A DNA stretch of 64,000 nucleotides. It comes from Alphaproteobacteria bacterium (GTDB lineage Bacteria; Pseudomonadota; Alphaproteobacteria; JBFXJJ01). How positions within the stretch are numbered: the stretch's first letter is position 1; each line of letters opens with the position of its first letter. Both the position numbers and the translations under genes were made by a program. This document shows positions 50,966 to 64,000 of this stretch, in pieces. The DNA lies in contig JBFXJJ010000011.1 in assembly GCA_050175015.1 (NCBI GenBank), forward strand, positions 1 through 64,000, in the 5' to 3' direction. The notes below the pieces were generated by a model, which searched no databases, was not told the origin of the DNA, and saw only the letters and a program-made list of their open reading frames with translations.

Positions 50966-52246
50966 TTAAAGCATCATAACCAATGGTTCTTCAAGAATCT
51001 GCTTAAATTTAGCTAAGAATTCTGCGGCAGTTGCTCCGTCAACCGCACGATGATCAACCGATAATGTGCAGGTCATCATATTAGCAACAGCGATTGAACC
51101 TTCTCTAACTATCAATCTTTGCTCAGCTTTACCGATTGATAAAATGCAAGACTGCGGAGGATTAATAATAGCAGAAAAATCTTTTATGCCATACATACCT
51201 AAGTTAGAAATTGTGAAGTTTCCTCCTTGATATTCTTCTGGAACCAATTTCCCAGCCCTTGCTTTTTCTGCCAAATTTTTAATTGAACGAGAAATATCAG
51301 GAAGTCTTCTGCGGTCAACATTTCTAATAACAGGTGTAAATAAGCCGCCAGGCGTTGAAACCGCAACAGCAACGTCAACATTGTTATACATTCTGATAGA
51401 ATCTTCATTCCAAGAAACATTAACTTGAGGAACTTTGCGCATTGCCATAGCCACAGCCTTAACAACAAAATCATTAATCGTAAGCTTATAATTAAGACCT
51501 AACTGTTCAGCTTTTTGATTAAGCTCTTTTCTTGCTTTTTCCAAATTCTCAAGCTCACAGTCTATCGTCAAATAAAAATGTGGAATATTTTGTTTTGATT
51601 CCTGCATTCTTTGGGCAATAACTTTTCTCATACCAGTAAGAGGAACATCTTTGTAAGAAGGCATTTCCACACTTGAAATCAGTCCCATTTTGTTTTCATC
51701 TGAAATAGCCACCGCACTTGAAGAACTGTTTTGTTTAGAGGCAACCGCACGTTCAACATCGGCTTTAGTAATTCTGCCGTTATGCCCTGTGCCTTGAATA
51801 TCAGCAATATCCACCCCTGCTTCCTGTGCTACTTTTCTTGCTAACGGACTAATAACAACCCGTTCATCATTATCTGAAAAATCATCATCAATATCGTCGT
51901 TTAAATCTTCATCAAGTTCATAAGATGCGTCTGTCATTTCATCACCTTTTTCTTCATCTTTAAAATCGTCTTCGTTTTTGGCTTCATTTTCTTTAAAATC
52001 CTCGCCATCTTCTACTAGAACTGCGATTGGAGAATTAACGGGAACCGCATCAGTTCCTTCTGCTACGATAATTTTTCCAAGAATACCCTCATCTGCCGCC
52101 TCAACCTCCATTGTTGCTTTGTCAGTTTCAATTTCAGCAATAACATCACCGCTTACAACTTTATCACCTTCTTTTTTTAACCATTTTATAAGTTTGCCTT
52201 CTGTCATAGTTGGAGATAATGCGGGCATTAAGATTTCAATAGACAT
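50966..52246 (-). CDS. pdhC: Pyruvate dehydrogenase E2 (dihydrolipoamide acetyltransferase)
   Basis: Lipoyl domain ETDKAT, E3-binding SPLARK..GRITK, and catalytic DHRAVDG; start placed at MSIEILMP. Confidence 0.95.
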   Translation of the reverse strand: MSIEILMPALSPTMTEGKLIKWLKKEGDKVVSGDVIAEIETDKATMEVEAADEGILGKIIVAEGTDAVPVNSPIAVLVEDGEDFKENEAKNEDDFKDEEKGDEMTDASYELDEDLNDDIDDDFSDNDERVVISPLARKVAQEAGVDIADIQGTGHNGRITKADVERAVASKQNSSSSAVAISDENKMGLISSVEMPSYKDVPLTGMRKVIAQRMQESKQNIPHFYLTIDCELENLEKARKELNQKAEQLGLNYKLTINDFVVKAVAMAMRKVPQVNVSWNEDSIRMYNNVDVAVAVSTPGGLFTPVIRNVDRRRLPDISRSIKNLAEKARAGKLVPEEYQGGNFTISNLGMYGIKDFSAIINPPQSCILSIGKAEQRLIVREGSIAVANMMTCTLSVDHRAVDGATAAEFLAKFKQILEEPLVMML

Positions 52247-52261
52247 ATTCGTAAGTTCCAA

Positions 52262-53245
52262 TCAAATTTCTAAATTAATAAGTTTTTTTACTGCTTTTAT
52301 AATTTTTGCTTCATCAGGTAAAGCCAATTTTTCAAGATTTGAAGCATAAGGAAGAGGTACGTCCTCTCCTGTTATTCTAACCATAGGAGCATCTAACCAG
52401 TCAAAAGCTTTTTCCATAATCTGAGCAGCTATTTCCGCTCCAATTCCAGAAAACGACCAACCTTCTTCAACGGTTATAATGCGATTTGTTTTCTTGATTG
52501 ATGTGGCAATCGTATCAAAATCAAGCGGTCTTATGGTTCTAAGATTAATCACTTCGGCTTTGATATTATCCGCAGCTAATTTATCCGCAGCTTTAAGAGC
52601 AAGCCCCACCATACGTGAAAAGGCAACAATCGTAACATCGCTTCCCTCTTTCTCAATTTTAGCCTTGCCGATAGGCAAAACTAAATCATCTTTATCAGGA
52701 ATAGAAAAAGTTTCGCCATAAAGAAGCTCGTTTTCCAAAAAAACAACAGGATTAGGATCCCTAATCGCTGCTTTTAAAAGCCCCTTGGCATCTTCTGCCG
52801 AATAAGGAGCAACAACTTTAAGCCCAGGACAATGCGCATACCAACTGGCAAAACACTGAGAATGCTGAGCTGCAACCCTTGATGCAACACCGTTAGGTCC
52901 TCTGAAGACAATCGGACAAGTCATTTTTCCGCCAGACATATAAAGCGTTTTAGCTGCTGAATTAATAATTTGATCAATCGCCTGCATTGCAAAATTAAAA
53001 GTCATAAATTCAACAATAGGCTTAAGCCCAGAAAAAGCTGCTCCGACCCCAAGTCCTGCAAAACCCATCTCGGTTATCGGCGTGTCAATAACTCTTTTTT
53101 CGCCAAACTCTTCTAAAAGCCCCTGACTAACCTTATAAGCACCTTGATATTGGCCAACCTCTTCACCCATAAGAAAAATGGCTTCATCTTTTCTCATTTC
53201 TTCCGCCATAGCATCACGCAAAGCTTCTCTAACGGTAATCTCCAT
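52262..53245 (-). CDS. pdhB: Pyruvate dehydrogenase E1 beta subunit
   Basis: [27 protein letters not shown] and AAQHSQ; start placed at MEITVREAL. Confidence 0.95.
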   Translation of the reverse strand: MEITVREALRDAMAEEMRKDEAIFLMGEEVGQYQGAYKVSQGLLEEFGEKRVIDTPITEMGFAGLGVGAAFSGLKPIVEFMTFNFAMQAIDQIINSAAKTLYMSGGKMTCPIVFRGPNGVASRVAAQHSQCFASWYAHCPGLKVVAPYSAEDAKGLLKAAIRDPNPVVFLENELLYGETFSIPDKDDLVLPIGKAKIEKEGSDVTIVAFSRMVGLALKAADKLAADNIKAEVINLRTIRPLDFDTIATSIKKTNRIITVEEGWSFSGIGAEIAAQIMEKAFDWLDAPMVRITGEDVPLPYASNLEKLALPDEAKIIKAVKKLINLEI

Positions 53246-53246
53246 A

Positions 53247-54248
53247 TCAAGCCTCCGCCACAACGTCAGTGTAAAGTTCTAAAGCATCTGGTTCCGAGCT
53301 GGATTTAGCAAACTCAACAGCCTCTAAAACAATCTCTTTAACTTCGCTATCAATCTTTTTAAATTCATCTTCAGAAGCAAGATTATTCTCAAGTATATAG
53401 CTTTTTACTTGGTCAATAGGGTCATTTTCCTGCCTAATTTTGCTTACTTCTTCTTTCGTGCGGTATTTGGCAGGATCGGACATAGAATGCCCTCGATAAC
53501 GGTAAGTTTTCATTTCCAGAATATAAGGTCTTTGGTTTGCCCTGACTTCCTCAACAACTTTTTCACCCGTTTTTCGTATTTCCAGCAAATCCATACCATC
53601 AATAACTTTGCCCTTAATGCCATAAGCTTCACCACGATAATAAAGCTCGGTATTAGCAGAAGCTCTTTCAACAGAAGTTCCCATAGCATAACGGTTGTTT
53701 TCAACAATATAAACTATAGGCAGTCCCCACAAAGACGCCATATTAAAGGATTCATAAACCTGCCCTTGGTTGACAGCGCCATCACCCAAATAGCAAAAAG
53801 TTATTCCGCCGTCATTCTTATATTTATGAGCGAAGGCAAGCCCTGTACCGATAGGAACTTGAGCGCCAACGATACCATGCCCGCCAAAAAAATTCTTTTC
53901 GATACTGAACATATGCATAGAACCGCCCTTGCCTTTAGAATAACCATCTATCCGCCCTGTAAGCTCTGCCATAACGCCTCGGGCTTCCATTCCGCAAGCC
54001 AGCATATGTCCGTGATCTCTGTAACTTGTAATAACCGTATCTTGAGTTTTACGGCAAGACTGCATTCCAACAACAACCGCTTCCTGCCCAATGTATAAAT
54101 GGCAAAAGCCACCTATCAGCCCCATACCATAGAGCTGCCCTGCTTTTTCTTCAAATCTTCGAATCAAAAGCATATCTCGGTAGTTGTTAATTAAATCTTT
54201 GAAACTAGATTCTTGATTGTTTTTGTTCAAAAAAAACCTCACATTCAA
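53247..54248 (-). CDS. pdhA: Pyruvate dehydrogenase E1 alpha subunit
   Basis: [14 protein letters not shown]-binding GDGA..NN, and [11 protein letters not shown]. Confidence 0.95.
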   Translation of the reverse strand: MNVRFFLNKNNQESSFKDLINNYRDMLLIRRFEEKAGQLYGMGLIGGFCHLYIGQEAVVVGMQSCRKTQDTVITSYRDHGHMLACGMEARGVMAELTGRIDGYSKGKGGSMHMFSIEKNFFGGHGIVGAQVPIGTGLAFAHKYKNDGGITFCYLGDGAVNQGQVYESFNMASLWGLPIVYIVENNRYAMGTSVERASANTELYYRGEAYGIKGKVIDGMDLLEIRKTGEKVVEEVRANQRPYILEMKTYRYRGHSMSDPAKYRTKEEVSKIRQENDPIDQVKSYILENNLASEDEFKKIDSEVKEIVLEAVEFAKSSSEPDALELYTDVVAEA

Positions 54249-54307
54249 ACTAACTAGGAAAAAAGCATAACATTACCTAAAAAAAATTGTAAGGCTAAAA
54301 AACAAAA

Positions 54308-54336
54308 AACAATTAACCAAAACAAGGTTAATTGTT
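54308..54336. repeat. Perfect 11-bp inverted repeat between ftsB and pdhA (terminator or operator)
   Basis: AACAATTAACC-N7-GGTTAATTGTT, followed by a T-run on the minus strand. Confidence 0.55.
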
Positions 54337-54365
54337 ATAAAACAGCTATTAACTATTTGAAATAA

Positions 54366-54683
54366 TTAGTTATTATCCTCAATTATGACGAGTTCGTTTT
54401 CGCCTCTTAAATTAAGAATTTTCCTAGCACATTCATCTAGCATATCTAAATCAAGGCTTTCTGGAGAAAGATGAGCAACTTTTTTTTCTAAATCCTGCTT
54501 TTCTTTAGAAACATTTGTAGCGATTCTTTGGGTTTGAGCTAAATCCTGCCTTAATGCCAACCAACGAAAAAGCCCTCTATCGCCGCTCACAGCGTGATAA
54601 CCAAAATAAACGAACATAACTCCGCAAAAAAACGGAGCAATTATGCTTCTTATTCTATTTTTTAGTTCGGCTAACAACTGCAT
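54366..54683 (-). CDS. ftsB: Septum formation initiator FtsB/DivIC
   Basis: One TM helix ending in G.RGL, a coiled coil, and DLDMLDE.AR..L. Position between eno and pdhA; start placed at MQLLAE. Confidence 0.85.
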   Translation of the reverse strand: MQLLAELKNRIRSIIAPFFCGVMFVYFGYHAVSGDRGLFRWLALRQDLAQTQRIATNVSKEKQDLEKKVAHLSPESLDLDMLDECARKILNLRGENELVIIEDNN

Positions 54684-54820
54684 TCTTCTTTTTCTCTTTA
54701 ACTTACTTCGATTCGAGGATTGCAAATAAACCAAAAAAATTCAAACTTTTTTTCGCAAATTTAGTTTTAAAAAAATAATACCACAACGTTTATTAATATA
54801 TTTTAAATATTATACCTTAT

Positions 54821-55219
54821 TTAGTCTTGCGCTAGTTCTTGATCTTTAATCTTCCATTTAATTTTAGCTGTTTTCACCTCTTCCGATTCTGGATCAGCAA
54901 ACTGCCAACCAAGACTTAAAAGTTTTTTAGCCGTAAGCTCATTTCCAAAAAGAGCCAAAGCTGTGCTGAGACCATTTAAACCGTGCCTAATATATTTGTC
55001 GTATTCTTCAAGGTACAAAGAAAAATTTTCATTAAGAGATATAAGAAAAAAAACGGGCAGAATTAAGAAAAAACAAAAACCTATGCTGTAAAGTTTCCTA
55101 AAAAACAATGGAATGCCAAAAAAGGTAGCAAAAAAGAGTATATCCCAACTAAGCCCTACTTTTACCTTTTTTACTTTTAACGTTTTAGGGTTATACATCT
55201 GAATTCTGATTGTTTTCAT
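54821..55219 (-). CDS. Small membrane protein (DUF2628-like)
   Basis: KVGLSW..LFF..FFG.PL.FRK, hydrophobic segments, and N...AKKLL..GW; SD GGAAAG. Family call is from memory. Confidence 0.6.
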   Translation of the reverse strand: MKTIRIQMYNPKTLKVKKVKVGLSWDILFFATFFGIPLFFRKLYSIGFCFFLILPVFFLISLNENFSLYLEEYDKYIRHGLNGLSTALALFGNELTAKKLLSLGWQFADPESEEVKTAKIKWKIKDQELAQD

Positions 55220-55296
55220 ATCTCTCTTTCCATATAAAGAATTAAAACTAACTCTTATTCTAGAAGCATACGTTTAAAAAGTTCAAATTAAAAAAC

Positions 55297-55333
55297 AAAA
55301 AAAAGGCGCTTTAATTTAATTAAAACGCCTTTT
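55297..55333 (-). terminator. Intrinsic terminator after eno
   Basis: AAAAGGCG-cTTTAATT-t-AATTAAAa-CGCCTTTT hairpin with a long T-run on the minus strand. Confidence 0.75.
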
Positions 55334-55363
55334 CTTATTAAACTTTGTTACAAGTTTTAATGA

Positions 55364-57530
<2,167 letters not shown>

Positions 57531-57533
57531 TTT

Positions 57534-59195
<1,662 letters not shown>

Positions 59196-59534
59196 TTATT
59201 CTGCGGATACTGGAGCAGCTGGAACCTCAACTGGAGCGACAGGAGCTTCGCTGCTTTGCTCTTGAGCTACAGGTTGATCCAAAACTGATTTAACCTCAAC
59301 TACGGTCTGGCGAGACATTAGAGCTAAAGTTAAACTTGTTACCATAAAGATAACTCCAAAAATTGCGGTAAGCCTAGTCAAAATGTTGCCAGCACCTTTT
59401 GCAGTAACAAGTCCCATAGGACCACTGCCGCCGCCTAAACCGCTTAAAGCCCCACCTTCCGAACGCTGCAATAAAATTACAACAACCATCGCTAAGGCTA
59501 CGAAAAGATGTATTACAATTAAAACTGTCTGCAT
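59196..59534 (-). CDS. secG: Preprotein translocase subunit SecG
   Basis: ILLQRSEGGAL and NILTRLTA, two TM helices; lies between tpiA and pyrG. Confidence 0.92.
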   Translation of the reverse strand: MQTVLIVIHLFVALAMVVVILLQRSEGGALSGLGGGSGPMGLVTAKGAGNILTRLTAIFGVIFMVTSLTLALMSRQTVVEVKSVLDQPVAQEQSSEAPVAPVEVPAAPVSAE

Positions 59535-59576
59535 TACTAAATTTCCTAAAATTTTAATTTTTGATAGTTATAAACT

Positions 59577-60329
59577 CTATAAACGACTTTTGGCAATAGC
59601 TATAAAATCATCTGCTTTTAAACTTGCGCCGCCAACCAATGCGCCGTCAACATTTGCAATGCTAAGCAATTCTTTAGCATTTGATGGTTTTACTGAACCA
59701 CCATAAAGGAGTTGAAGCTTGTCTGCTTCTGCACCCATTTTTTCAACTGCAAATTTTCTAATGGCTGCGTGAACTTCTTCGACATCGGCATTTGTTGGGG
59801 TTTTACCCGTGCCGATTGCCCAAACTGGTTCATAAGCGATAACTGTATTTTCGCCATTAGATACGGCTGGAACAGATTTTTTAAACTGTTCTTCGCAAAC
59901 ATTAATTGTTTTGCCTGCATCTCTTTCAGCTTCGGTTTCACCAATACAAATAACAGCTTTCAATCCTTCTTTGATAGCAGCTTCAGCTTTAGCACAAATT
60001 AGCTCATTGCTTTCTTTGTGATAAGTTCTTCTTTCTGAGTGACCTAGAATAACATAATCACAACCTAAATCTTTAAGCATTTTAGCACTGATGTCTCCGG
60101 TATATGCTCCAGACTCGTTAGTATGGCAGTCTTGAGCACCAACACTAACGCCAGAACCTTTAACTGCATCTAAAACCTTGCTCAAAAGAGTAAATGGAGG
60201 ACAAACCAACATTGAAGCTTTTTCACTTTGGTTCTGTGAATAAAATTGTGCAACTTCTTTGGCTAAAGATTCGCCATCTTTAGTTAAACCGTTCATTTTC
60301 CAGTTACCTGCTATTAAAGCTTTTCTCAT
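59577..60329 (-). CDS. tpiA: Triosephosphate isomerase
   Basis: AGNWKMN, GHSERR, AYEPVWAIGTG and LVGGASL motifs. Confidence 0.97.
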   Translation of the reverse strand: MRKALIAGNWKMNGLTKDGESLAKEVAQFYSQNQSEKASMLVCPPFTLLSKVLDAVKGSGVSVGAQDCHTNESGAYTGDISAKMLKDLGCDYVILGHSERRTYHKESNELICAKAEAAIKEGLKAVICIGETEAERDAGKTINVCEEQFKKSVPAVSNGENTVIAYEPVWAIGTGKTPTNADVEEVHAAIRKFAVEKMGAEADKLQLLYGGSVKPSNAKELLSIANVDGALVGGASLKADDFIAIAKSRL

Positions 60330-60393
60330 CTATCTTTTCCTTTGCTATAAAATTTAGTATATTTTTTTAATTCTATATTGTTTAGCTTTGATT

Positions 60394-60420
60394 AAAAGGT
60401 TATACAACTAATAACCTTTT
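60394..60420. promoter_or_regulatory. Perfect 10-bp inverted repeat between divergent tpiA and ppiD (candidate operator)
   Basis: AAAAGGTTAT-N7-ATAACCTTTT in a divergent promoter region. Confidence 0.4.
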
Positions 60421-60458
60421 TTACAATAACTTTTATTTTTTTATAGTGAACAAACCTC

Positions 60459-62333
60459 ATGCTTTCATTTTTCAGAAACATACAACACTCTATATTTATA
60501 AAAATTATTTTAGCGCTTACTGCCTTAAGTTTTATATCTTTGTTCGGCGTAAGCAGCTATTTAAGCCCAAATCCTGAGCAAGACACAGTTGTTGCTGTTG
60601 GCAGCACGCATATCTCTATTGGAGAGATAAGAAAAGATCTTAGCCAAGAGGTCCAACGTCTTAGCAATATGTACGGTGACAACGTTGATATGGAAGATGC
60701 TATTAAATCTGGTGTTTTAAACTCTTTAATCAAAAAACTTGTTTCCAGAACCGTTTTGGATAAAACCGCAGAAGATTTAGGAATCAGCATCAGCGATTCG
60801 TCTTTACGCAAAGAAACTTTTAATACTCCACTGTTCCATGGTAACAATGGCAGTTTTGATAAAGCTGTGTTTAATCAGATGCTGCGCTTATCTGGTATGT
60901 CTGAAAATCAATATTTTGAAACATTAAGAGGCGATATTGCTAGAAAACATCTGCTCTCTGGAGCCTATGCCAACCCAGAAGCACCAAAGATTCTTGCCGA
61001 AAATTTATATAAGTACCGTAAAGAGAAAAGAATTGTTGATATTATCAACATCAAAACTTCGAGCATTAACATCTCTGCAAAGCCGACCGCTGAGGAACTT
61101 CAGGATTATTATGAAAAGAACAAAGACAACTTTATGAACCCTGAATACCGCTCTCTAACAGCCATATGGTTATCACCAGCCAATATTGGAGCTAAAATAG
61201 AGGTAACAGACGCTGAAGCTAAAGAAATTTATGACAATGAAATCAGTGCTTATACGGTTCCTGAAGAACGCTACATCTTACAAATGGTTTTTGATGATGA
61301 AGAAACCGCATTAAAAGCACAAAAGATGCTTAACGATAAAAAAGACTTTCTTGATGTTGCCAAAGAGCTTGCCAATCAAAGCAAAGAAGACAGCGAGTTA
61401 GGCTGGATTACGACCGAAACTCTGCTGGCAGAAGCTACTGAACCTGTTTTTGCTGCGGCAAAAGGTGAAATTGTTGGCCCGATAAAATCCCAATTCGGCT
61501 ATCACATTATGAAGGTCAACGACATTAAAGCTAAAGTTGTAACCCAATTTAAAGATGTTAAAGATCAAATAATATCTAACGTAAAAAATGAAAGAGCCCT
61601 AGACCGTCTTTATGATGACGCTCGAAACCTTGAAGATATTCTTGGAAAAGGTACATCTTTAGAAGATGCTGCCAAAACAGGGGGATATGAACTAATCACT
61701 CTTAAAAAAATTGATGACAAAGGCTTATCCGATAAAGGCTCCGAAATTAAAAGCAAAATTATTTCTCCTTTATTTTTAGAAAAAGCTTTTGAGCTAATGG
61801 ACGGTGAAGACAGTCTCTTAATAGAAACTGACAACGGTATGTTTGTTGTTAGAGTTGATGAGGTTATTGCCGCTCAGCCTAAAGAGCTTAAAGAAATAAA
61901 AAACCAGATTTTAAATCTTTGGCAAGCCGATAAAAAAATAGAAGCAGCAAGAGATAAAGCTGGCAAAGTATTAGAAAGCCTAAATTCTGGAGAACTTGCT
62001 TCAGATGCCGCAAGAAAATTTGGTCTTTCTTATATTGTAAGTCCTGCATTTGTCAGAACAGAAACGGAAAAGCTGCCGCAGACTATTGTTGCTAGAAGCT
62101 TCATCTTAAATAAAGGCGAAAGCGCACTTGTTACAGTTGATAATGATTTTGCTGTAATTACTTTAAAGAACGTTATTGAAGCCGATCCTGCAAAAGATAC
62201 CAAAGGCGTTGAGGAAATAGCTCAAACTATAGGCAGTAATATTGCCGAAGATTTAGGAAGCGCCTTAATTTCAGCTTTCAGCCAACAATATTCAATTAAA
62301 ATAAAACAAGATAAGATTGATGAAACTTTTTAG
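60459..62333 (+). CDS. ppiD: PpiD-like periplasmic folding chaperone (SurA N-terminal plus parvulin domain)
   Basis: N-terminal TM anchor, PEYR/PEER segments, and parvulin-like ELGW...GPIKSQFGYHI; typical tpiA-ppiD-trpE order. Confidence 0.85.
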   Translation: MLSFFRNIQHSIFIKIILALTALSFISLFGVSSYLSPNPEQDTVVAVGSTHISIGEIRKDLSQEVQRLSNMYGDNVDMEDAIKSGVLNSLIKKLVSRTVLDKTAEDLGISISDSSLRKETFNTPLFHGNNGSFDKAVFNQMLRLSGMSENQYFETLRGDIARKHLLSGAYANPEAPKILAENLYKYRKEKRIVDIINIKTSSINISAKPTAEELQDYYEKNKDNFMNPEYRSLTAIWLSPANIGAKIEVTDAEAKEIYDNEISAYTVPEERYILQMVFDDEETALKAQKMLNDKKDFLDVAKELANQSKEDSELGWITTETLLAEATEPVFAAAKGEIVGPIKSQFGYHIMKVNDIKAKVVTQFKDVKDQIISNVKNERALDRLYDDARNLEDILGKGTSLEDAAKTGGYELITLKKIDDKGLSDKGSEIKSKIISPLFLEKAFELMDGEDSLLIETDNGMFVVRVDEVIAAQPKELKEIKNQILNLWQADKKIEAARDKAGKVLESLNSGELASDAARKFGLSYIVSPAFVRTETEKLPQTIVARSFILNKGESALVTVDNDFAVITLKNVIEADPAKDTKGVEEIAQTIGSNIAEDLGSALISAFSQQYSIKIKQDKIDETF

Positions 62334-62342
62334 GACTTTGCA

Positions 62343-63827
62343 ATGAGTATTAACCCTGATTTTGAAAATTTTTGTAATGTATATAACAAAAAAGAATCTC
62401 AGGTTATCTGGCAAAGTTTAATTGCAGATCTCGAAACACCCGTGTCAGCTATGTTAAAAGCTGCCCAAGGTCTTCCTAACAGTTTTCTTTTGGAATCCGT
62501 TGAAGGCGGAGCTTTTAAAGGCAGGTATTCTTTTATAGGATTAGAACCTGATTTAATCTGGCGCTGTGAGGGCAATCAAGCCGAAATCAACCGTCAGGCT
62601 CTAAATGATAAAAATGCTTTTGTAAAAGTCAACGACAACAACGCCCTTGCTTCCTTAAGACAGCTAATCAAAGAAATTTATATTAACCTGCCCGCAAATC
62701 TGCCACCTATGTCAGCGGGATTGGTTGGATATATGACTTATGATGCGATAAGAATGATTGAGAAAATTCCTTGCAAGAATCCTGATGAAATTAACATTCC
62801 TGACAGCATTTTTATCCGTCCAACTATTACCATCGTTTTTGATAATATTGAAAATATTGTTCATATTGTAACCCCTGTTTACTATGATGAAAAGAATGAT
62901 GCCAAGACAGCTTATGATAATGCTTTAAGCCGTTTATCAAAAACGGTTGTTAAACTTGATCAAAAGTTAGTTTCTCACCCTGAAGAAACCACAACAACTG
63001 AGATTGCTCCCCAATCGAATATGACATTGGAAGCTTTCAAAAATATGATTAATAAAGCAAAAGAATACATAAACGCTGGCGACATTTTTCAGGTTGTATT
63101 ATCTCAACGTTTCAAAATTCCTTTTAACAAAAATCCTTTTGGACTTTATCGGGCATTACGCAGAACTAATCCATCTCCGTTTTTATTCTTTTTAAATTTT
63201 GATGATTTTGCGTTAATTGGTTCCAGTCCTGAAATTCTGGTAAGACTTCGGAATAAGAAAATAACTATCAGACCGATTGCAGGTACACGGAAAAGAGGAC
63301 AAACACCTCAAGAAGACGCTTTCCTTGCTAAAGATTTACTGCAAGATGAAAAAGAGCTTGCTGAACATCTTATGCTGCTTGACTTAGGCAGGAATGATGT
63401 TGGAAGAGCTTCAAAAGTAGGAACTGTAAAAGTAACAGAGAAGATGATTATAGAATATTACTCTCACGTTATGCATATTGTTTCTAATGTCGAAGGTGAA
63501 ATCAGAGAAGGTCTTGATGCCGTAGATGTTCTAATGGCAGGCTTTCCTGCTGGTACCGTAAGCGGCGCACCTAAAGTTCGCGCTATGGAAATTATTGATG
63601 AGCTAGAGAATATTAAACGCAGTTTCTATGCTGGAACTATCGGCTATATATCTGCTAATGGTGATATGGATACCTGCATTGCCTTGAGAACTTCGCTCGT
63701 TAAAAACAACACCATTTATGCCCAAGCTGGCGCAGGAATTGTTGCCGACAGCGATCCTGAAATGGAATATCAAGAAACAATCAATAAAGCGATGGCTCTA
63801 ATAAAAGCTGCTAAAGAAGCTCTTTAA
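62343..63827 (+). CDS. trpE: Anthranilate synthase component I
   Basis: DLETPVS, LLESVEGG, GDIFQVVLSQR, NPSP, EHLMLLDLGRND and FPAGTVSGAPK motifs. Confidence 0.95.
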   Translation: MSINPDFENFCNVYNKKESQVIWQSLIADLETPVSAMLKAAQGLPNSFLLESVEGGAFKGRYSFIGLEPDLIWRCEGNQAEINRQALNDKNAFVKVNDNNALASLRQLIKEIYINLPANLPPMSAGLVGYMTYDAIRMIEKIPCKNPDEINIPDSIFIRPTITIVFDNIENIVHIVTPVYYDEKNDAKTAYDNALSRLSKTVVKLDQKLVSHPEETTTTEIAPQSNMTLEAFKNMINKAKEYINAGDIFQVVLSQRFKIPFNKNPFGLYRALRRTNPSPFLFFLNFDDFALIGSSPEILVRLRNKKITIRPIAGTRKRGQTPQEDAFLAKDLLQDEKELAEHLMLLDLGRNDVGRASKVGTVKVTEKMIIEYYSHVMHIVSNVEGEIREGLDAVDVLMAGFPAGTVSGAPKVRAMEIIDELENIKRSFYAGTIGYISANGDMDTCIALRTSLVKNNTIYAQAGAGIVADSDPEMEYQETINKAMALIKAAKEAL

Positions 63828-63955
63828 TTATTTAACCTCAATTATTGCTGAAATAGAGCGTTTAGCCTTTGGTCATAATGTTTTATTTTGCCTGACAGCA
63901 AACGTCTGCCGACAGCCTTCTTTTAAAAAGCAAAAACAAAAATTTTTTTTATAAT

Positions 63956-64000
63956 TTATTTAACTTCAGTTTCGGTTTCTTCTTCAACATCAGTTTTAAC
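63956..64000 (-). CDS. Possible 3' end of a gene continuing beyond the window
   Basis: Minus strand reads VKTDVEEETETEVK-stop up to the window edge; too short to identify. Confidence 0.4.
   Translation of the reverse strand, partial: VKTDVEEETETEVK

Noticed and set aside
53409-54098. 229-aa plus-strand ORF
   Set aside because: It lies entirely antisense to pdhA with no recognisable motifs, so it is a shadow ORF. The same applies to the other short ORFs overlapping core genes (e.g. 14863-15432, 47232-47660).

Overview
AT-rich chromosomal segment of an alphaproteobacterium. The Rhodospirillales-like assignment is inferred from gene order and the alphaproteobacterial 6S RNA motifs. Most of the window is core genome: an LPS/glycan cluster, ppdK-glySQ-glmM-ftsH-tilS, tol-pal, ruvCAB-yebC, 6S RNA/zapA, epmA/efp, suhB, rpmE, a membrane class III cyclase, slt/dapA/smpB, a bactofilin-M23 peptidase pair, the pyruvate dehydrogenase/lipA cluster, eno-kdsA-pyrG-secG-tpiA, ppiD and trpE. 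I saw no mobile element, CRISPR array, tRNA or rRNA. Three things stand out. (1) PPDK and enolase are unrelated PEP-handling enzymes about 44 kb apart, yet both end in the same basic-plus-cysteine tail, KCGCCGC (19 of 21 nt identical, both differences synonymous). This looks like an undescribed shared C-terminal tag. (2) A giant, 5'-truncated Cys-rich protein is built from nested repeats (3 x ~426 aa, 6 half-units, 12 CxxCP..P[YF]xR motifs), with mosaic exchange between copies and one conserved CxxCH per unit. (3) A radical SAM gene sits antisense inside the otherwise conserved 6S RNA-ygfA unit. All functional interpretations are from reading the sequence only; no database searches were run.
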